Positions 32,641 to 44,279 of a DNA stretch of 64,000 nt are shown here, piece by piece. The position numbers were made by a program, and so were the translations under genes. The notes under the pieces were generated by a model. That model made no database searches. It was not told the DNA's origin and was given only the letters and a program-made list of their open reading frames with translations. Source of the DNA: an uncultured Prolixibacteraceae bacterium (GTDB lineage Bacteria > Bacteroidota > Bacteroidia > Bacteroidales > Prolixibacteraceae). The stretch covers positions 140,114-204,113 of the forward strand of contig CAWKJY010000029.1 of assembly GCA_963849985.1 (NCBI GenBank). The letters run 5' to 3'. Each line of letters begins with the position of its first letter. The first letter of the stretch is position 1.

Positions 32641-34767
32641 GTGTATATTTACATCCTCAAAAAAATATTCAAATTGATAGCATTTGGCGTAAAATACTGG
32701 TTCATATTTCTTTTATCAGCATTAATAGCAGCATTGGGCGTAGCCTTACTTCTCTATTTCAGAAACCGGGATAATCGGGAGCTGAGCAGGGGTAAAATAT
32801 ATACACTTAGCTTCCTTCGTTTTTTATCGTTTTTTTTTATTGCCTTTTTACTACTTTCTCCCTTTATCAAAAATCTGAAAAAAATCACGCAAAATCCTGT
32901 TATTATTACAGCATGGGATAATTCAGAATCAATGCGTGCCACACCGGATTCAACAGTGGTGATCAAACTGGTAAATGATACCCGAAATGAACTTAAAGAC
33001 GGATTAGAATCAAAATTTGCAGTTACCGAATATACTTTCGGAGAAAAAACTGAACCATTTAATAAACTGAACTTTACAGAAAAGAAATCGGATTATGGAG
33101 AACTGATATCCACGGTTGCAAATACACATTTCAACGAAAATATTGGTGCCTTGATTGTTGCAGGTGATGGTATTTATAACCAAGGCAAAAACCCGGTAAA
33201 TCTCGTCAGTGATATTAATTTCCCGGTATATACTATTGGTTTTGGTGATACGACTGAAGTTATTGATTCACGAATCCAAAATATCCGTGTAAACCGCACT
33301 TCTTTTTCAGGAAACCGTTTTCCTGTGGAAATTGACGTACAATTTTCAAAATTGAAAGGCAGACCGTTAAAGCTTAGTGTTGAGCACGAAAATAGTGAAG
33401 TTGCCAGTGTAATGGTTACTCCTCCAAATCAAAACTATTTTTTTACCCAGGAGTTTACGCTTGAAGCCGGTGATCCGGGACTCAAACATTACACAGTAAA
33501 AATTGAACCGGTAGAAGATGAAAGAAATGTAAAGAACAATAAGGCGGAATTTGTAATTAATGTTCTGAAAAACAAACAAAAAATACTGATTCTTTCCGAT
33601 GGCCCGCATCCTGATATTGGAGCAATTACCAATACACTCGATTTGCAGACAACTTACGATGTTGCTGTTTTTACCGACGAACCCTACCCTGCTAATTTAT
33701 CTGATTATAATCTGTTGATCTTGAATCAGCTTCCTACTGCCGGAAAGTCAGCATCAGAAATTATTAAAATGGCAGAGGCCAATCGCATACCGATTTTATT
33801 TATTATAGGAAACAAAACATTTTTACCGCAATTTAATGCACTGGCACAGGGAGCAAAAATAACACCATTGGCAATTTCAGGTTCCGGGGAAGAGGCATTG
33901 GCAACCATAAATCCAATTTACGCAACATTTAACCTGAGCGACAATTTTAAAGAAATGGTGCCTAAATTTCCACCATTGATAGCACCATTTGCAGATTATG
34001 AGCTGGATGCAGGATTCACACCTTTATTCTATCAGAAGATCATGAACGTGCAGACAAACAAACCGCTTTTAGCAACCGGAACAATAAATGGCAGAAAGAC
34101 TGGTTTCATTTTTGGTGAAGGGCTGTGGCGTTGGCGACTTTATGATTATTATGTGAACGAAAATGAAGCCGCATTTAATGAATTGATAAACCAATTGGTG
34201 CAATATCTTTCGCTTCGCGAAAATGAAGATAATTTTATTATCAATTACGACCCCGTTTATGCTGAAATTGACGATATAATTTTTACTGCTGAAGTTTATA
34301 ATGAAGCATATGAAAGAATTACTTCTGACGAAATAAATATGGTTATCCAGAATTCAGAGGGAGATGAATATAATTATACATTTGATGTTCTGGGAGGAAA
34401 TTACCAATTAAATACCGGACATTTACCGGTTGGCGACTACACTTTTTCAGCAAGCGTTAAAGTAGGTAATGAAACGTTTAATGAAACAGGCAGGTTCTCA
34501 GTCGCGCCTGTGAATTTTGAAAATATTGTCACACAAGCCAATTACAATAACCTTTTTCAACTGGCAGTACAAAGCGGAGGAAAATTTTATTTGCCTTCAG
34601 AAACTCGACAACTCATTAATGAACTTAAAAACAGTAACAGATTGAAAGCTACCAGCTATTTCCAGGAAATGGTCCGTGAATTATTAAACCTGAAACTGCT
34701 ATTTTTCATTGTATTACTGCTTTTAAGCGTGGAATGGTTTTTGAGGAAATTTTGGGGCATTTATTAA
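32641..34767 (+). CDS. Membrane-anchored vWA-domain protein with glutamine-amidotransferase-like and Ig-like regions
   Basis: N- and C-terminal TMs, MIDAS-like DNSES, and a C-terminal EWFLRK motif. The start codon is uncertain. Confidence 0.72.
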   Translation: MYIYILKKIFKLIAFGVKYWFIFLLSALIAALGVALLLYFRNRDNRELSRGKIYTLSFLRFLSFFFIAFLLLSPFIKNLKKITQNPVIITAWDNSESMRATPDSTVVIKLVNDTRNELKDGLESKFAVTEYTFGEKTEPFNKLNFTEKKSDYGELISTVANTHFNENIGALIVAGDGIYNQGKNPVNLVSDINFPVYTIGFGDTTEVIDSRIQNIRVNRTSFSGNRFPVEIDVQFSKLKGRPLKLSVEHENSEVASVMVTPPNQNYFFTQEFTLEAGDPGLKHYTVKIEPVEDERNVKNNKAEFVINVLKNKQKILILSDGPHPDIGAITNTLDLQTTYDVAVFTDEPYPANLSDYNLLILNQLPTAGKSASEIIKMAEANRIPILFIIGNKTFLPQFNALAQGAKITPLAISGSGEEALATINPIYATFNLSDNFKEMVPKFPPLIAPFADYELDAGFTPLFYQKIMNVQTNKPLLATGTINGRKTGFIFGEGLWRWRLYDYYVNENEAAFNELINQLVQYLSLRENEDNFIINYDPVYAEIDDIIFTAEVYNEAYERITSDEINMVIQNSEGDEYNYTFDVLGGNYQLNTGHLPVGDYTFSASVKVGNETFNETGRFSVAPVNFENIVTQANYNNLFQLAVQSGGKFYLPSETRQLINELKNSNRLKATSYFQEMVRELLNLKLLFFIVLLLLSVEWFLRKFWGIY

Positions 34768-34771
34768 CACC

Positions 34772-35827
34772 ATGAGGAAACAATTAGTAAAAACATGCGT
34801 CCAGGCATTCGCAATCATTTGGGCATTTGTGCTAATGTCTTGTGCCACACAATCAATTCTTATTGAAGTACCGCAAAAATCGAAAAATGAACTTCCTGAT
34901 CGTATTCAGAGTCTACTTTTAGTATCCCGGGTAGTTGACAATACTTACAGTAACCTGGAAGCCGATTCGTTACAAAAAATTTTCTATCTGCAAAATTTTA
35001 ACCTTGACACTATCATTAAAGATTCCATGGTTGTTGACACAGCCCTTAAAGCTATGGGAAATATTCTTTTTGAATCGGAACGTTATGATTATGTTATCCC
35101 CGAGGACAGGTTTCTTCCTTCTGCCAGAAACTCGCTTTTAATCCCTGAACTACCCTGGAATGAGGTTAAGAATTTATGTAAATTATATAATACAGATGCT
35201 CTTATCTCTATCGATCATCTGAAAACGCATGTTCACACTTCCTTTGATCGAAACACTTATTTTAATCCGTTTGAAGGAGGTTTTTATTCTGCAGCGGAAG
35301 CAAAAATGAATATATCGTATGAGGCTTTAATTCGGGTATATGACCCGTCGCAGGAAAAAGTGCTTGTAAGAAAATTATTGCAGGACACTTTATATTGGGA
35401 AGATACAGCTCCTACGGTAAGTGAACTTTTTAACCGGTTTACCCCTGTAAAAAATGCTTTGTTTGAAACGGGGACTGCAATTGCCCTTGATTTTTCGGAT
35501 GAGATAAGTACCAATTGGCGTCGTGAATGGAGGGAATACTTTGCAACCGGTAATGAAAAATTTAAAGAAGCTGCACCTCTGGTTAACAACAATCAATGGG
35601 AACCTGCAATTGCTTTATGGAAGGAAATAGAAGAAACTGCAAAATCAAAAAATTTAAAAAGTAAGGCTGAATATAACATAGCACTTGGTTATGAATTAAA
35701 GGGGGACCTTGATCAGGCCATTGAGTGGGCGGTAAAATCGTACAATAACACTTACCGAACCAGCACGTACAACTATTTGGAAATACTGAAAAGGCGTAAA
35801 AATGAACAAAAAAACCAGCAACCATGA
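34772..35827 (+). CDS. DUF6340-like lipoprotein with C-terminal TPR
   Basis: Lipobox LMSC; C-terminal W..AIALW...AEYNIALGYE. Confidence 0.7.
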   Translation: MRKQLVKTCVQAFAIIWAFVLMSCATQSILIEVPQKSKNELPDRIQSLLLVSRVVDNTYSNLEADSLQKIFYLQNFNLDTIIKDSMVVDTALKAMGNILFESERYDYVIPEDRFLPSARNSLLIPELPWNEVKNLCKLYNTDALISIDHLKTHVHTSFDRNTYFNPFEGGFYSAAEAKMNISYEALIRVYDPSQEKVLVRKLLQDTLYWEDTAPTVSELFNRFTPVKNALFETGTAIALDFSDEISTNWRREWREYFATGNEKFKEAAPLVNNNQWEPAIALWKEIEETAKSKNLKSKAEYNIALGYELKGDLDQAIEWAVKSYNNTYRTSTYNYLEILKRRKNEQKNQQP

Positions 35828-36846
35828 ACCGATCTTTACTTTGGCTTTTCTTCGTTATATTATCAGTTTCTTCCTGCACTATTTACAAAGAATATCCTAT
35901 TGATATTTATAAGCCAGGAGAAATTGCCATTCCGTCAACTGCAAAAAATGTGGCCATAGTTTACCGGAATTTCAAATTTAAAAACGATACTCTACAAGAT
36001 TATTACAAAGATGGTAACCGGCTTATAAAAGTTAGAAATGATCCTGACAATCTGGACAGTATCATGGTTAGTTATTGCGTGCAGGAACTGGCGCAAAATT
36101 TAAAGGAGAAAAATTTATTCGACCGCATTAATATTTATCCGGAACTTTTCAAGGAGCACACAGGTGATAAATTACCTGCCTTAAATTATGACATAATAGA
36201 CAAAATAACTTCTGATAGTAAAACGGATATCTTAATTTCGCTGGAAACCTTCTCCTATTTTTATTCGGAATATACACAGGATTACAACGTTCCAAAATCG
36301 AGGGAAGTAATTACTGCGGCAGTATGGGCCGTTTATAATCCAACGATTCAAAAAGTTATTGACCGAAAGACAATGATCGATACCGTTTTCTGGAATGCAT
36401 ATGATGCCAATGGAAATTATGACCGAAACAGTAAATTACCTCCCAGATTAACCGCTTTAGGGATTGCTTCACAAATTGCCGGTGAAAACTATTCAAAACG
36501 TTTCTTCGCCTCATGGGTAAAGGCCAACCGCATGTATTCAATTCCTCCTCTCCCCGACTTTGAGGCAGCAGATGAATTTATACAGAAAAATGACTGGGAC
36601 AATGCCATTATGCTTTGGAAAAGATATGCTGATGATAAAAACGGAAGAATGGCAATTAATGCATGTTATAATCTTGCCTTAGGTTACGAAATGAAAGACG
36701 ACCTCGAAAGCTCGGTTCAATGGCTTAATGCGGCATTAAAAATCGCAACAGATTACCGAAGTAAAGAAGACATACAAAGAATTTTGCAATACAAAAAAGT
36801 ACTTGGACAACGCATAGAGGATGTTAAAAAATTAGATGAAAATTAA
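35824..36846 (+). CDS. DUF6340-like lipoprotein, paralog of the upstream gene
   Basis: Lipobox VSSC, DTVFW, W..AIMLW...ACYNLALGYE; 4-nt overlap with the upstream gene. Confidence 0.7.
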   Translation: MNRSLLWLFFVILSVSSCTIYKEYPIDIYKPGEIAIPSTAKNVAIVYRNFKFKNDTLQDYYKDGNRLIKVRNDPDNLDSIMVSYCVQELAQNLKEKNLFDRINIYPELFKEHTGDKLPALNYDIIDKITSDSKTDILISLETFSYFYSEYTQDYNVPKSREVITAAVWAVYNPTIQKVIDRKTMIDTVFWNAYDANGNYDRNSKLPPRLTALGIASQIAGENYSKRFFASWVKANRMYSIPPLPDFEAADEFIQKNDWDNAIMLWKRYADDKNGRMAINACYNLALGYEMKDDLESSVQWLNAALKIATDYRSKEDIQRILQYKKVLGQRIEDVKKLDEN

Positions 36847-36873
36847 AATTCCTTTCTCCTTTTATAATAAAAA

Positions 36874-36898
36874 GAGCAGTTACATTATGCAACTGCTC
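36874..36898. terminator. Hairpin between convergent genes, probable bidirectional terminator
   Basis: GAGCAGTT-N9-AACTGCTC flanked by A/T runs. Confidence 0.6.
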
Positions 36899-36919
36899 AA
36901 TTAATATTATAAAAACTAA

Positions 36920-36956
36920 TTTATTCTAACTCAACCTTTTTTATTCTAACTCAACC
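36920..36956. repeat. 17-bp direct duplication of the 3' end of the GH51 gene
   Basis: TTTATTCTAACTCAACC at 36920-36936 and 36940-36956. Confidence 0.85.
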
Positions 36957-38485
36957 ATTACTACTGATTTTGAAGGCATGTTAACAGTTACTACATTACC
37001 ATTAACTTTCACGTCTTTGAAATCTTTTAGTGAAACTTCTTCAGCTTTCCCGAAGTCATTATATGAATTAATTTTATTTCCTGTTACAATGCTGCCTTTG
37101 GAGAAAGCCACTTTAGTGGTTCCTCTCAATTCACAAGTAACCACTTTGCTGTTGTTTGGATCCAGGTTACTGATTGTTACATGAATTTTACCATTTGCAT
37201 CTTTTGAGGCCGATGTGGAGATTGCAGGAACTGATTCATCTCCATAAGTATATTTATCGCATGTTATATCAGAAGGTAGCAACGTTGCATCGTGATGAAC
37301 AGTATACATTTTGAATACATAGAAAGTCGGCGTTTTTACCATCTGATCATCTTTGGTTAGAAGCATGGCCTGTAAAACATTTATGGTTTGAGCAATATTT
37401 GCCATTTTTACCCTACGGGCGTGATTATTGAATAAATCGAGGTTTACTGCAGCAACCATAGCATCCCGCACCGTATTTTGCTGAAATAGAAATCCCGGAT
37501 TGGTTCCCGGTTCAACATCGTGCCAGTTGCCCCACTCATCAACAATCAAAGCAACCCTGTTTTGGGGATCATACTTATCCATTATTGTAGAATGTTTTTC
37601 TATCAGTTCTTTCATAAAAAGAGTTTTACTCATAGTAGTGATATAATCCTTTTCGTCAAAATCTGTAGCAGAACCTTTTTTCGCCCAGGTATTACAAACC
37701 GTGTAATGGTGAAGCGATAATCCCTGGAAACTTCTTCCCGGGTTACCATTTTTCATAATGGTTTCCGTCCATTCATAATCATCTCCACTTGGGCCAACAG
37801 CTATCTTAAACAATCGATTATTCCCATAATCTTTCGTAAAAGTTGCATAACGACGTAATACATTCGCATAAAATTCAGCCGTCATGTTACCGCCACAACC
37901 CCAGGTTTCGTTTCCCAAACCCCAGAATTTTACACCCCACGGATCATCCTGTCCATTAGCTTTTCTCAGGTCGGTCATCGGGCTTACATTACCTGAATTT
38001 AAATATTCAACCCACTGCGACATTTCCTGTACAGTGCCACTTCCAATATTTCCCGAAACAAAAGGTTCACAACCAAGCTGATTACACAATTCCATAAATT
38101 CATGGGTGCCAAAACTGTTATCTTCGGTAACTCCACCCCAATTTGTATTGATCATTGTAGGCCTTTCGTTACGTGGACCAATTCCATCCATCCAATGGTA
38201 TTCATCGGCAAAACAACCACCAGGCCAGCGCAAATTTGGAATCCCGATTTCCCTTAAAGCGGTTACAACATCGTTTCTGATACCGTTAGTATTAGGAATT
38301 TTTGAATCTTCGCCAACCCAATAGCCACCATAAATACAATGTCCCAGGTGTTCTGAAAAATGGCCATAAATATTTCGACTTATCGTTTCTTTGCCAAGAT
38401 CAGTATTAATAATAATTTTGTTTTGTGCATTCACTCCAAATGCCGCCAACAATAATAAATAGAAAATGATTTTTCTTCGACTCAT
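36941..38485 (-). CDS. Alpha-L-arabinofuranosidase, GH51
   Basis: Signal peptide, [29 protein letters not shown] (acid/base), VDEWG (nucleophile), [11 protein letters not shown]. Confidence 0.93.
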   Translation of the reverse strand: MSRRKIIFYLLLLAAFGVNAQNKIIINTDLGKETISRNIYGHFSEHLGHCIYGGYWVGEDSKIPNTNGIRNDVVTALREIGIPNLRWPGGCFADEYHWMDGIGPRNERPTMINTNWGGVTEDNSFGTHEFMELCNQLGCEPFVSGNIGSGTVQEMSQWVEYLNSGNVSPMTDLRKANGQDDPWGVKFWGLGNETWGCGGNMTAEFYANVLRRYATFTKDYGNNRLFKIAVGPSGDDYEWTETIMKNGNPGRSFQGLSLHHYTVCNTWAKKGSATDFDEKDYITTMSKTLFMKELIEKHSTIMDKYDPQNRVALIVDEWGNWHDVEPGTNPGFLFQQNTVRDAMVAAVNLDLFNNHARRVKMANIAQTINVLQAMLLTKDDQMVKTPTFYVFKMYTVHHDATLLPSDITCDKYTYGDESVPAISTSASKDANGKIHVTISNLDPNNSKVVTCELRGTTKVAFSKGSIVTGNKINSYNDFGKAEEVSLKDFKDVKVNGNVVTVNMPSKSVVMVELE

Positions 38486-38625
38486 TTTTGTTCGATTTTA
38501 ATTGGTTTAATTTTAATTGCGAACATAATGAATAAAAACAAATTTTCCACCGGAAGGTATGAAAAAGGGAATTTATAAGAGGGTTATTTTAAAAGTTGGA
38601 AATGGGAAATCCTTTACAAAAAACT

Positions 38626-39462
38626 TTATTTTTTGATCAGTTGAATTCCATCGGAAACAAAATCGATCAACCGTTTTTTATATAAGCTACCAATAGCTTT
38701 TTTAAAATTTTTCTTACTAATACCAAACAAAGCCTGAATCATTTCGGGAGATGTTTTATCGGAAACTGCGATAAATCCTTTATTTTCTTTTAATTCTTCC
38801 AGAATTTTTTCAGCGATGGGATCTACTTTTTCATATCCTGGTTTTTCCAGTAACAAATCAATTTTTTCATCCTCCCTTATTTTATTGACAAAACCAATCA
38901 TTTTTTGTCCTGGTTTAAGCGATTTAAAAACCTGGTTTCGGTACAATATTCCCCAGTGTTCGTTATTGACAATTGCTTTGTAACCCAGTTCCGTTTCTTC
39001 GGTAATTAATAAATCAACCTCTTCGCCAATCTTATATTCAGGTGGCGTATTATCCAAAAACTTATCAATTTTGGCTGAGGCGACTAATCGGTTGGTCGCC
39101 AAATCAAGATAAATATGAACAAGATAAGTACGTCCTTCCACCATTTTTGCTTTTTGCTCACTAAAAGGTACCAGAAGATCTTTGGGAAGCCCCCAGTTGA
39201 GAAAAGCGCCAATCCGATTTACAGAAATAACATTTAGAAAAGCAAAATCGCCAGCCTTTGCAAGCGGAGATTCAGTTGTTGCTACTAACCTGTCTTCTGA
39301 ATCGTTATATACAAAAACCTCAGCAGTTCCTGATTCTTTTATTTCGCTGGTAATAAATTTTTGAGGCATCAGAATTTCTCCCAGTTCACCACCATCGAGA
39401 TAAATACCATTTTCAGTTTCACGTACTAAATTCAATGTATTAATCTTACCTATATTAGTCAT
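38626..39462 (-). CDS. CvfB-family S1 RNA-binding protein
   Basis: GAFLNWGLPKDLLVPFSEQ, FGISKKNFKKAIGSLYK. Confidence 0.9.
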   Translation of the reverse strand: MTNIGKINTLNLVRETENGIYLDGGELGEILMPQKFITSEIKESGTAEVFVYNDSEDRLVATTESPLAKAGDFAFLNVISVNRIGAFLNWGLPKDLLVPFSEQKAKMVEGRTYLVHIYLDLATNRLVASAKIDKFLDNTPPEYKIGEEVDLLITEETELGYKAIVNNEHWGILYRNQVFKSLKPGQKMIGFVNKIREDEKIDLLLEKPGYEKVDPIAEKILEELKENKGFIAVSDKTSPEMIQALFGISKKNFKKAIGSLYKKRLIDFVSDGIQLIKK

Positions 39463-39488
39463 TTAAATGATTTTTTGTAACCAAACAA

Positions 39489-39848
39489 TTATCCTCCGGC
39501 ACGTTTTACTTTATAATTTTCCTGTTCCAAAATACTTACAATTTTGGCAGCAAAATCACCTTGAATTAGTATTTCTCCATCTTTTACCGTGCCTCCAACT
39601 CCGCATTTTGTTTTTAATAATTTCCCCAGTGCTTTTAAATCTTCTTCTGTACCAATAAAACCTGTTACAAGTGTAACTACTTTCCCTTTTCGTTGTTTTT
39701 TATCAAGCCACACTTTCAGGTTTTGCTGACGTGGGACGAGTGTATCCTGTTCTTCCACTGTTTCATTTTCATATTGAAAATCAGAATTCGTTGAATAGAC
39801 CACGCCTAACCTTTCTTTCCAATCGTTAGAACCTTTCTGTTTCTTCAT
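39489..39848 (-). CDS. Translation initiation factor SUI1 (YciH) family protein
   Basis: LGVVYSTN, RKGKVVT, LKTKCGVGG, ILIQGD. Confidence 0.92.
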   Translation of the reverse strand: MKKQKGSNDWKERLGVVYSTNSDFQYENETVEEQDTLVPRQQNLKVWLDKKQRKGKVVTLVTGFIGTEEDLKALGKLLKTKCGVGGTVKDGEILIQGDFAAKIVSILEQENYKVKRAGG

Positions 39849-40225
39849 AACCAGATTATCAGTAAACTTCCCGCAAAATAAACGATTAACCACCACAAAT
39901 AAGCATATTTTGTATATTGGACTACATTAGATGATATTTTAGAATTTATTCCTTTGGCCTTAAATTCCTTCCAAACCAAAATTAAATTAATAAGCATACT
40001 TAAAATAGCCGTATATCCAATTATTCCATGTAAATTAAATGGCGAATTATCTGAACCGGCAATCATAAGACTTACTGCAACAATATCAAAGATTAATCCC
40101 AATGTCAGAAAAATCAAAACACTCCGTGTAATTAGCCTAAACCTAATGATTGAAATACTTCCGATGCCATATGATAACAATGTAAATGTGATAACACAAG
40201 CGCCTATAATAGATAAAATATTCAT
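39845..40225 (-). CDS. Small membrane protein (possibly HsmA/TIGR03987-like)
   Basis: 4 TM segments; LIFD...M and LHGIIG motifs. The family assignment is tentative. Confidence 0.5.
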   Translation of the reverse strand: MNILSIIGACVITFTLLSYGIGSISIIRFRLITRSVLIFLTLGLIFDIVAVSLMIAGSDNSPFNLHGIIGYTAILSMLINLILVWKEFKAKGINSKISSNVVQYTKYAYLWWLIVYFAGSLLIIWL

Positions 40226-40380
40226 AATAATTAATTCAATTTTGGAACTAAATTGTTATTTGATATATAACTACTCTTCTGGTTTAAACAAGTAACTATG
40301 TTGATCGAATTAAAAAAGGAAAGTAAACCTTTCGGTATAAAGGAAAGAACCGGTTAATTTGTTCAAATAATAAACACTAA

Positions 40381-40887
40381 TTATTCAAATTTCAATGAAT
40401 CAACTGTCTTGCTCTTACTAAGCAGCATGTTTTTAGTTACACCATTTTTTGTAATTTGAATAATATTGTTTTGTGAATCATAAAGTTCTGTCAACAGGCT
40501 GCATTGTACCTCAATCTGTTTCAAATCACTTACTTTTTTGATTTCAAAATAACACCAAACCACGTCCATATCCAGTTCTTTTCCAATAAAAGTAAATTCG
40601 GTTTTTTCCCCGTTCACAATAAATTTATATTTTGATTGAATATATGCATTAGTCAATGAATCTGTCTGAGGAATTTCCTTCTTTTCCCCCAAAAATAGCT
40701 CAGGCGCCCCCTGGTATTCCAACGCTGCAATCAGATCGTCGGCATAAAATCTCACTGAAATTTCCAAACTATGGGTTTTTTCATTAAAATCGACCTGGCA
40801 CATACTGGTGTAAAATGGATGTGCAAATACAGAAAATTGCATGAGGAAAAAATAAACAAGAAAAAATAGTTTCTTTGTCTTAAACAT
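40381..40887 (-). CDS. DUF6702-like exported protein
   Basis: Signal peptide followed by AHPFYTS; divergent from HupE/UreJ. Confidence 0.7.
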   Translation of the reverse strand: MFKTKKLFFLVYFFLMQFSVFAHPFYTSMCQVDFNEKTHSLEISVRFYADDLIAALEYQGAPELFLGEKKEIPQTDSLTNAYIQSKYKFIVNGEKTEFTFIGKELDMDVVWCYFEIKKVSDLKQIEVQCSLLTELYDSQNNIIQITKNGVTKNMLLSKSKTVDSLKFE

Positions 40888-40919
40888 AGGTAAAAATTTA
40901 GCGCTAAAGTTAAGAATAA

Positions 40920-41492
40920 ATGAGTTTATTTGAATTATACCTTAAACTTGGTTTTAAACACATTGTAGATATTCATGGCTACGATCATATTGTTTTCATA
41001 CTTTCACTTTGTGCAGGTTATGACATTAAAGAAATAAAAAAAGTTTTTATCCTCATTACCGCATTTACAATCGGTCATTCTGTAACGCTGGCACTTTCAA
41101 CATTAAATATCCTGCTTGTTCCGGCGCGGATAATCGAATTCCTTATTCCAGTAACTATTTTTATTACCGCACTTTCAAATATGTTGCCCTTAAAAAAAGC
41201 AAAAGGAAGAATCGTTTATTTAATCGCCCTGTTTTTTGGGCTAATCCATGGCCTGGGATTTTCATATTATCTGAAAGAACTTTTAGGAAGAGAATCGTCG
41301 ATTTTAAAACCGCTTTTTGCATTCAATATCGGACTTGAATTTGGACAAATTGTTATTCTTTCCATTTATTTTTTAGTCCTTTTGCTGGCTACAAAAATTC
41401 TAAACCTAAAAACCAGTCACTGGCGGACTTTTATTTCAATACTTGCGTTAGGGGTTTCACTGGTGCTAATCATTCAAAAATATCCATGGTAA
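40920..41492 (+). CDS. HupE/UreJ family membrane protein
   Basis: LGFKHI..GYDHIVF, TAFTIGHSVTL, FGLIHGLGF, FNIGLEFGQ. Confidence 0.9.
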   Translation: MSLFELYLKLGFKHIVDIHGYDHIVFILSLCAGYDIKEIKKVFILITAFTIGHSVTLALSTLNILLVPARIIEFLIPVTIFITALSNMLPLKKAKGRIVYLIALFFGLIHGLGFSYYLKELLGRESSILKPLFAFNIGLEFGQIVILSIYFLVLLLATKILNLKTSHWRTFISILALGVSLVLIIQKYPW

Positions 41493-41568
41493 GCAAATCT
41501 TTTAAAAAAAAGATTATTAGTTTTATCGCTACTTAGTCAACTACCAACATAAAGTAATTTATTTTCAT

Positions 41569-43891
41569 ATGAAAAAACTGAGCCTGGCCATTACTGTATT
41601 ATTTGCATTTCAGGGAATAATAAATGCACAGGAAAATGTAAACCTGAATAAATTCAGACAACTAAAAATGGAGCTCGCAACTCCAAATGTTTACAGAACA
41701 GCTTCAGGTGCGCCAGGGAAATGAATACTGGCAACAAAAAGCAAATTATGTTATTAATGTTAAACTTGATGACAATACGCAACGAATCTATGGTGATGAA
41801 ATCATTACTTATTTTAATCAATCGCCCGACCCGTTAAATTATTTGTGGATACAACTCGACCAGAATATACGTGCAAAAGATTCCGACACAAAAAAAATAC
41901 AAACCGGAAGACTTAGCAACCAAGCTTCTTTCAGGCAAATAGAGAATATGGAAGAGAACTTTGACGGTGGTTTTAAACTTGATTATGTAAAAGATAAAAA
42001 CGGTAACGATCTTCCGTATACCGTAAATAAAACAATGATGCGGGTTGACCTACCAACCGTGTTAAAACCGGGTAACTCGGTTACATTATCAATCAAATGG
42101 TGGTATAATATAAATGATCGTATAAAAGACGGTGGCCGTTCAGGCTATGAATATTTTGAAAATGACGGAAACTATTTATATGCAATTGCACAGTTTTATC
42201 CCCGAATGGCGGTTTACAGTGACTTTCAGGGCTGGCAACACAAACAATTTCTCGGACAAGGAGAATTCGCACTCCCTTTCGGAGATTTTGAGGTAAATAT
42301 TACAGTTCCTGCCGATCATATTTTAGGAGCAACAGGTGAACTTCAAAATGCAAGTAAAGTTTTAACATCGGAACAAATTAAACGCTTAAACGCTGCCAAA
42401 ACCTCAGATAAACCTGTAATAATTGTTTCACAGGAACAAGCTGAAAATGCAGAAAAAGACAAATCTTCTGAAGAAAAAACATGGACTTATAAAGCTACTA
42501 ATGTACGCGATTTTGCATTTGCTTCTTCCCGTAAATTTATTTGGGATGCAATGGGAGTTCCGTTTGGAAACCGCATAGTAATGGCCATGTCACTTTATCC
42601 AAAAGAAGGAAATCCGCTTTGGGGACAATATTCAACCCGGGCTGTAGCACACACGTTAAAAACCTATTCAAAATACACATTTGATTATCCGTATCCGGAG
42701 GCAATTTCTGTAAGTAGTACACGTGGAGGAGGCATGGAATACCCGATGATTTGTTTCAATGGCGGAAGACCCGGACCAGATGGTACTTACAGCGAAAGAG
42801 CTAAATACAGCCTGATAAGTGTAATTATCCACGAAGTGGGACACAACTATTTCCCCATGATCGTAAATTCTGATGAACGTCAGTGGACATGGATGGACGA
42901 AGGAATAAACTCATTTCTGGAATATTTGGCAGAACAGGAATGGGAACGCGGTTATCCTTCTCGTGCCGGACAGGCATATAAAATTGTACCTTACATGAAG
43001 GGAGACAAAAAAACCATGACGCCAATTATGACCAATTCCGAGTCAGTTTGGAGTTTGGGAAACAATGCTTATAATAAACCAACGACAGCGCTTAATATTC
43101 TGCGGGAAACGGTTATGGGAAGGGAACTTTTCGATTTTGCTTTTAAGCAGTATGCCCAACGCTGGATGTTTAAACACCCCACCCCGGAAGATTTTTTCAG
43201 AACAATGGAAGATGCATCGGGGGTTGATCTTGACTGGTTTTGGAGGGGCTGGTTTTTTACAACAGATGATGTGGACATTGCACTGGACAATGTTACATGG
43301 ATGCAAGTTGATGATATGAATCCGGAAGTTGTAAAACAAGAGGCGAAAAAAGCAGATGAGGGAAAACAGGCAATTTCTGATATCCGAAATAAAAAAGCGA
43401 TTAAACAAACTGCAACTGAGAGAGATACGGCCACCAATGATTTCTATTCTACTTACGATAAATATATGGCAACTAATGAAGAAATGAGAGCCTATAACCG
43501 TTTTCTAGAAAGTTTATCCGATAAAGAGAAACAAATTTTGAATGGGAAATACAACTTCTATCAAATTGATTTTAAAAATATCGGTGGATTGGTAATGCCA
43601 ATTATTCTTGAATTTGAGTTTACTGATGGCTCATCGGAAGTGGTTCGTATTCCGGCAGAAATATGGCAGATAGATAATTACAATGTTTCCAAAGTTTTTA
43701 AGTTTGATAAGCAGGTTAAAAATATTACGCTCGATCCTTTTCTTGAAACTGCCGACGTAAATTTGAATAATAATTACTGGCCGCCAAAAATTCAACCAAC
43801 AAGACTCGAACTGTTTAAACAACGGTCAGGCAGTAATTATAATGGCGGAGGTGAAAATCCAATGCAAAGATCCCGTATTGGAAATAATTAG
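41569..43891 (+). CDS. M1 family metallopeptidase (exported); frameshift near 41720
   Basis: MKKLSL signal, RTASGAPG joined to YWQQ, GGGMEYPM, HEVGHNYF...WMDEG zinc motif. Confidence 0.92.
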
Positions 43892-43973
43892 TTGGGATAA
43901 TATTCTGATTGAAAACGAAAAAGAGTAAAAATTTCATATTTCTAAATAAATTTTTGCGGAATTATGCAGGAAT

Positions 43974-44279
43974 TCAGGCTTCAATATGTTGACGTAAAAC
44001 AGACGTTAATTCCGAAGCTGGATGCAACCCGACACCAGTCCAGCAGGGCTTGCCTTTTTTAAAAATAATTATTGTTGGAACACTTCTGATTTGATATTCA
44101 GTAGCGATGAATGGATTTTTATCCACATTTACCTTTATTATCCTTACACTTTCCTTCAGTTTTGATTTAACATCTTTCAGAATATTAGGCATTTGTTTAC
44201 ATGGCCCGCACCAGTCGGCATAAAAATCAACCAAAACAGGCCGCTCAGAATTAATGATATTCAAAAATTTCTCTATCAC
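43974..44279 (-). CDS. Thioredoxin
   Basis: VDFYADWCGPCK, SVPT. Confidence 0.93.
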   Translation of the reverse strand: MIEKFLNIINSERPVLVDFYADWCGPCKQMPNILKDVKSKLKESVRIIKVNVDKNPFIATEYQIRSVPTIIIFKKGKPCWTGVGLHPASELTSVLRQHIEA

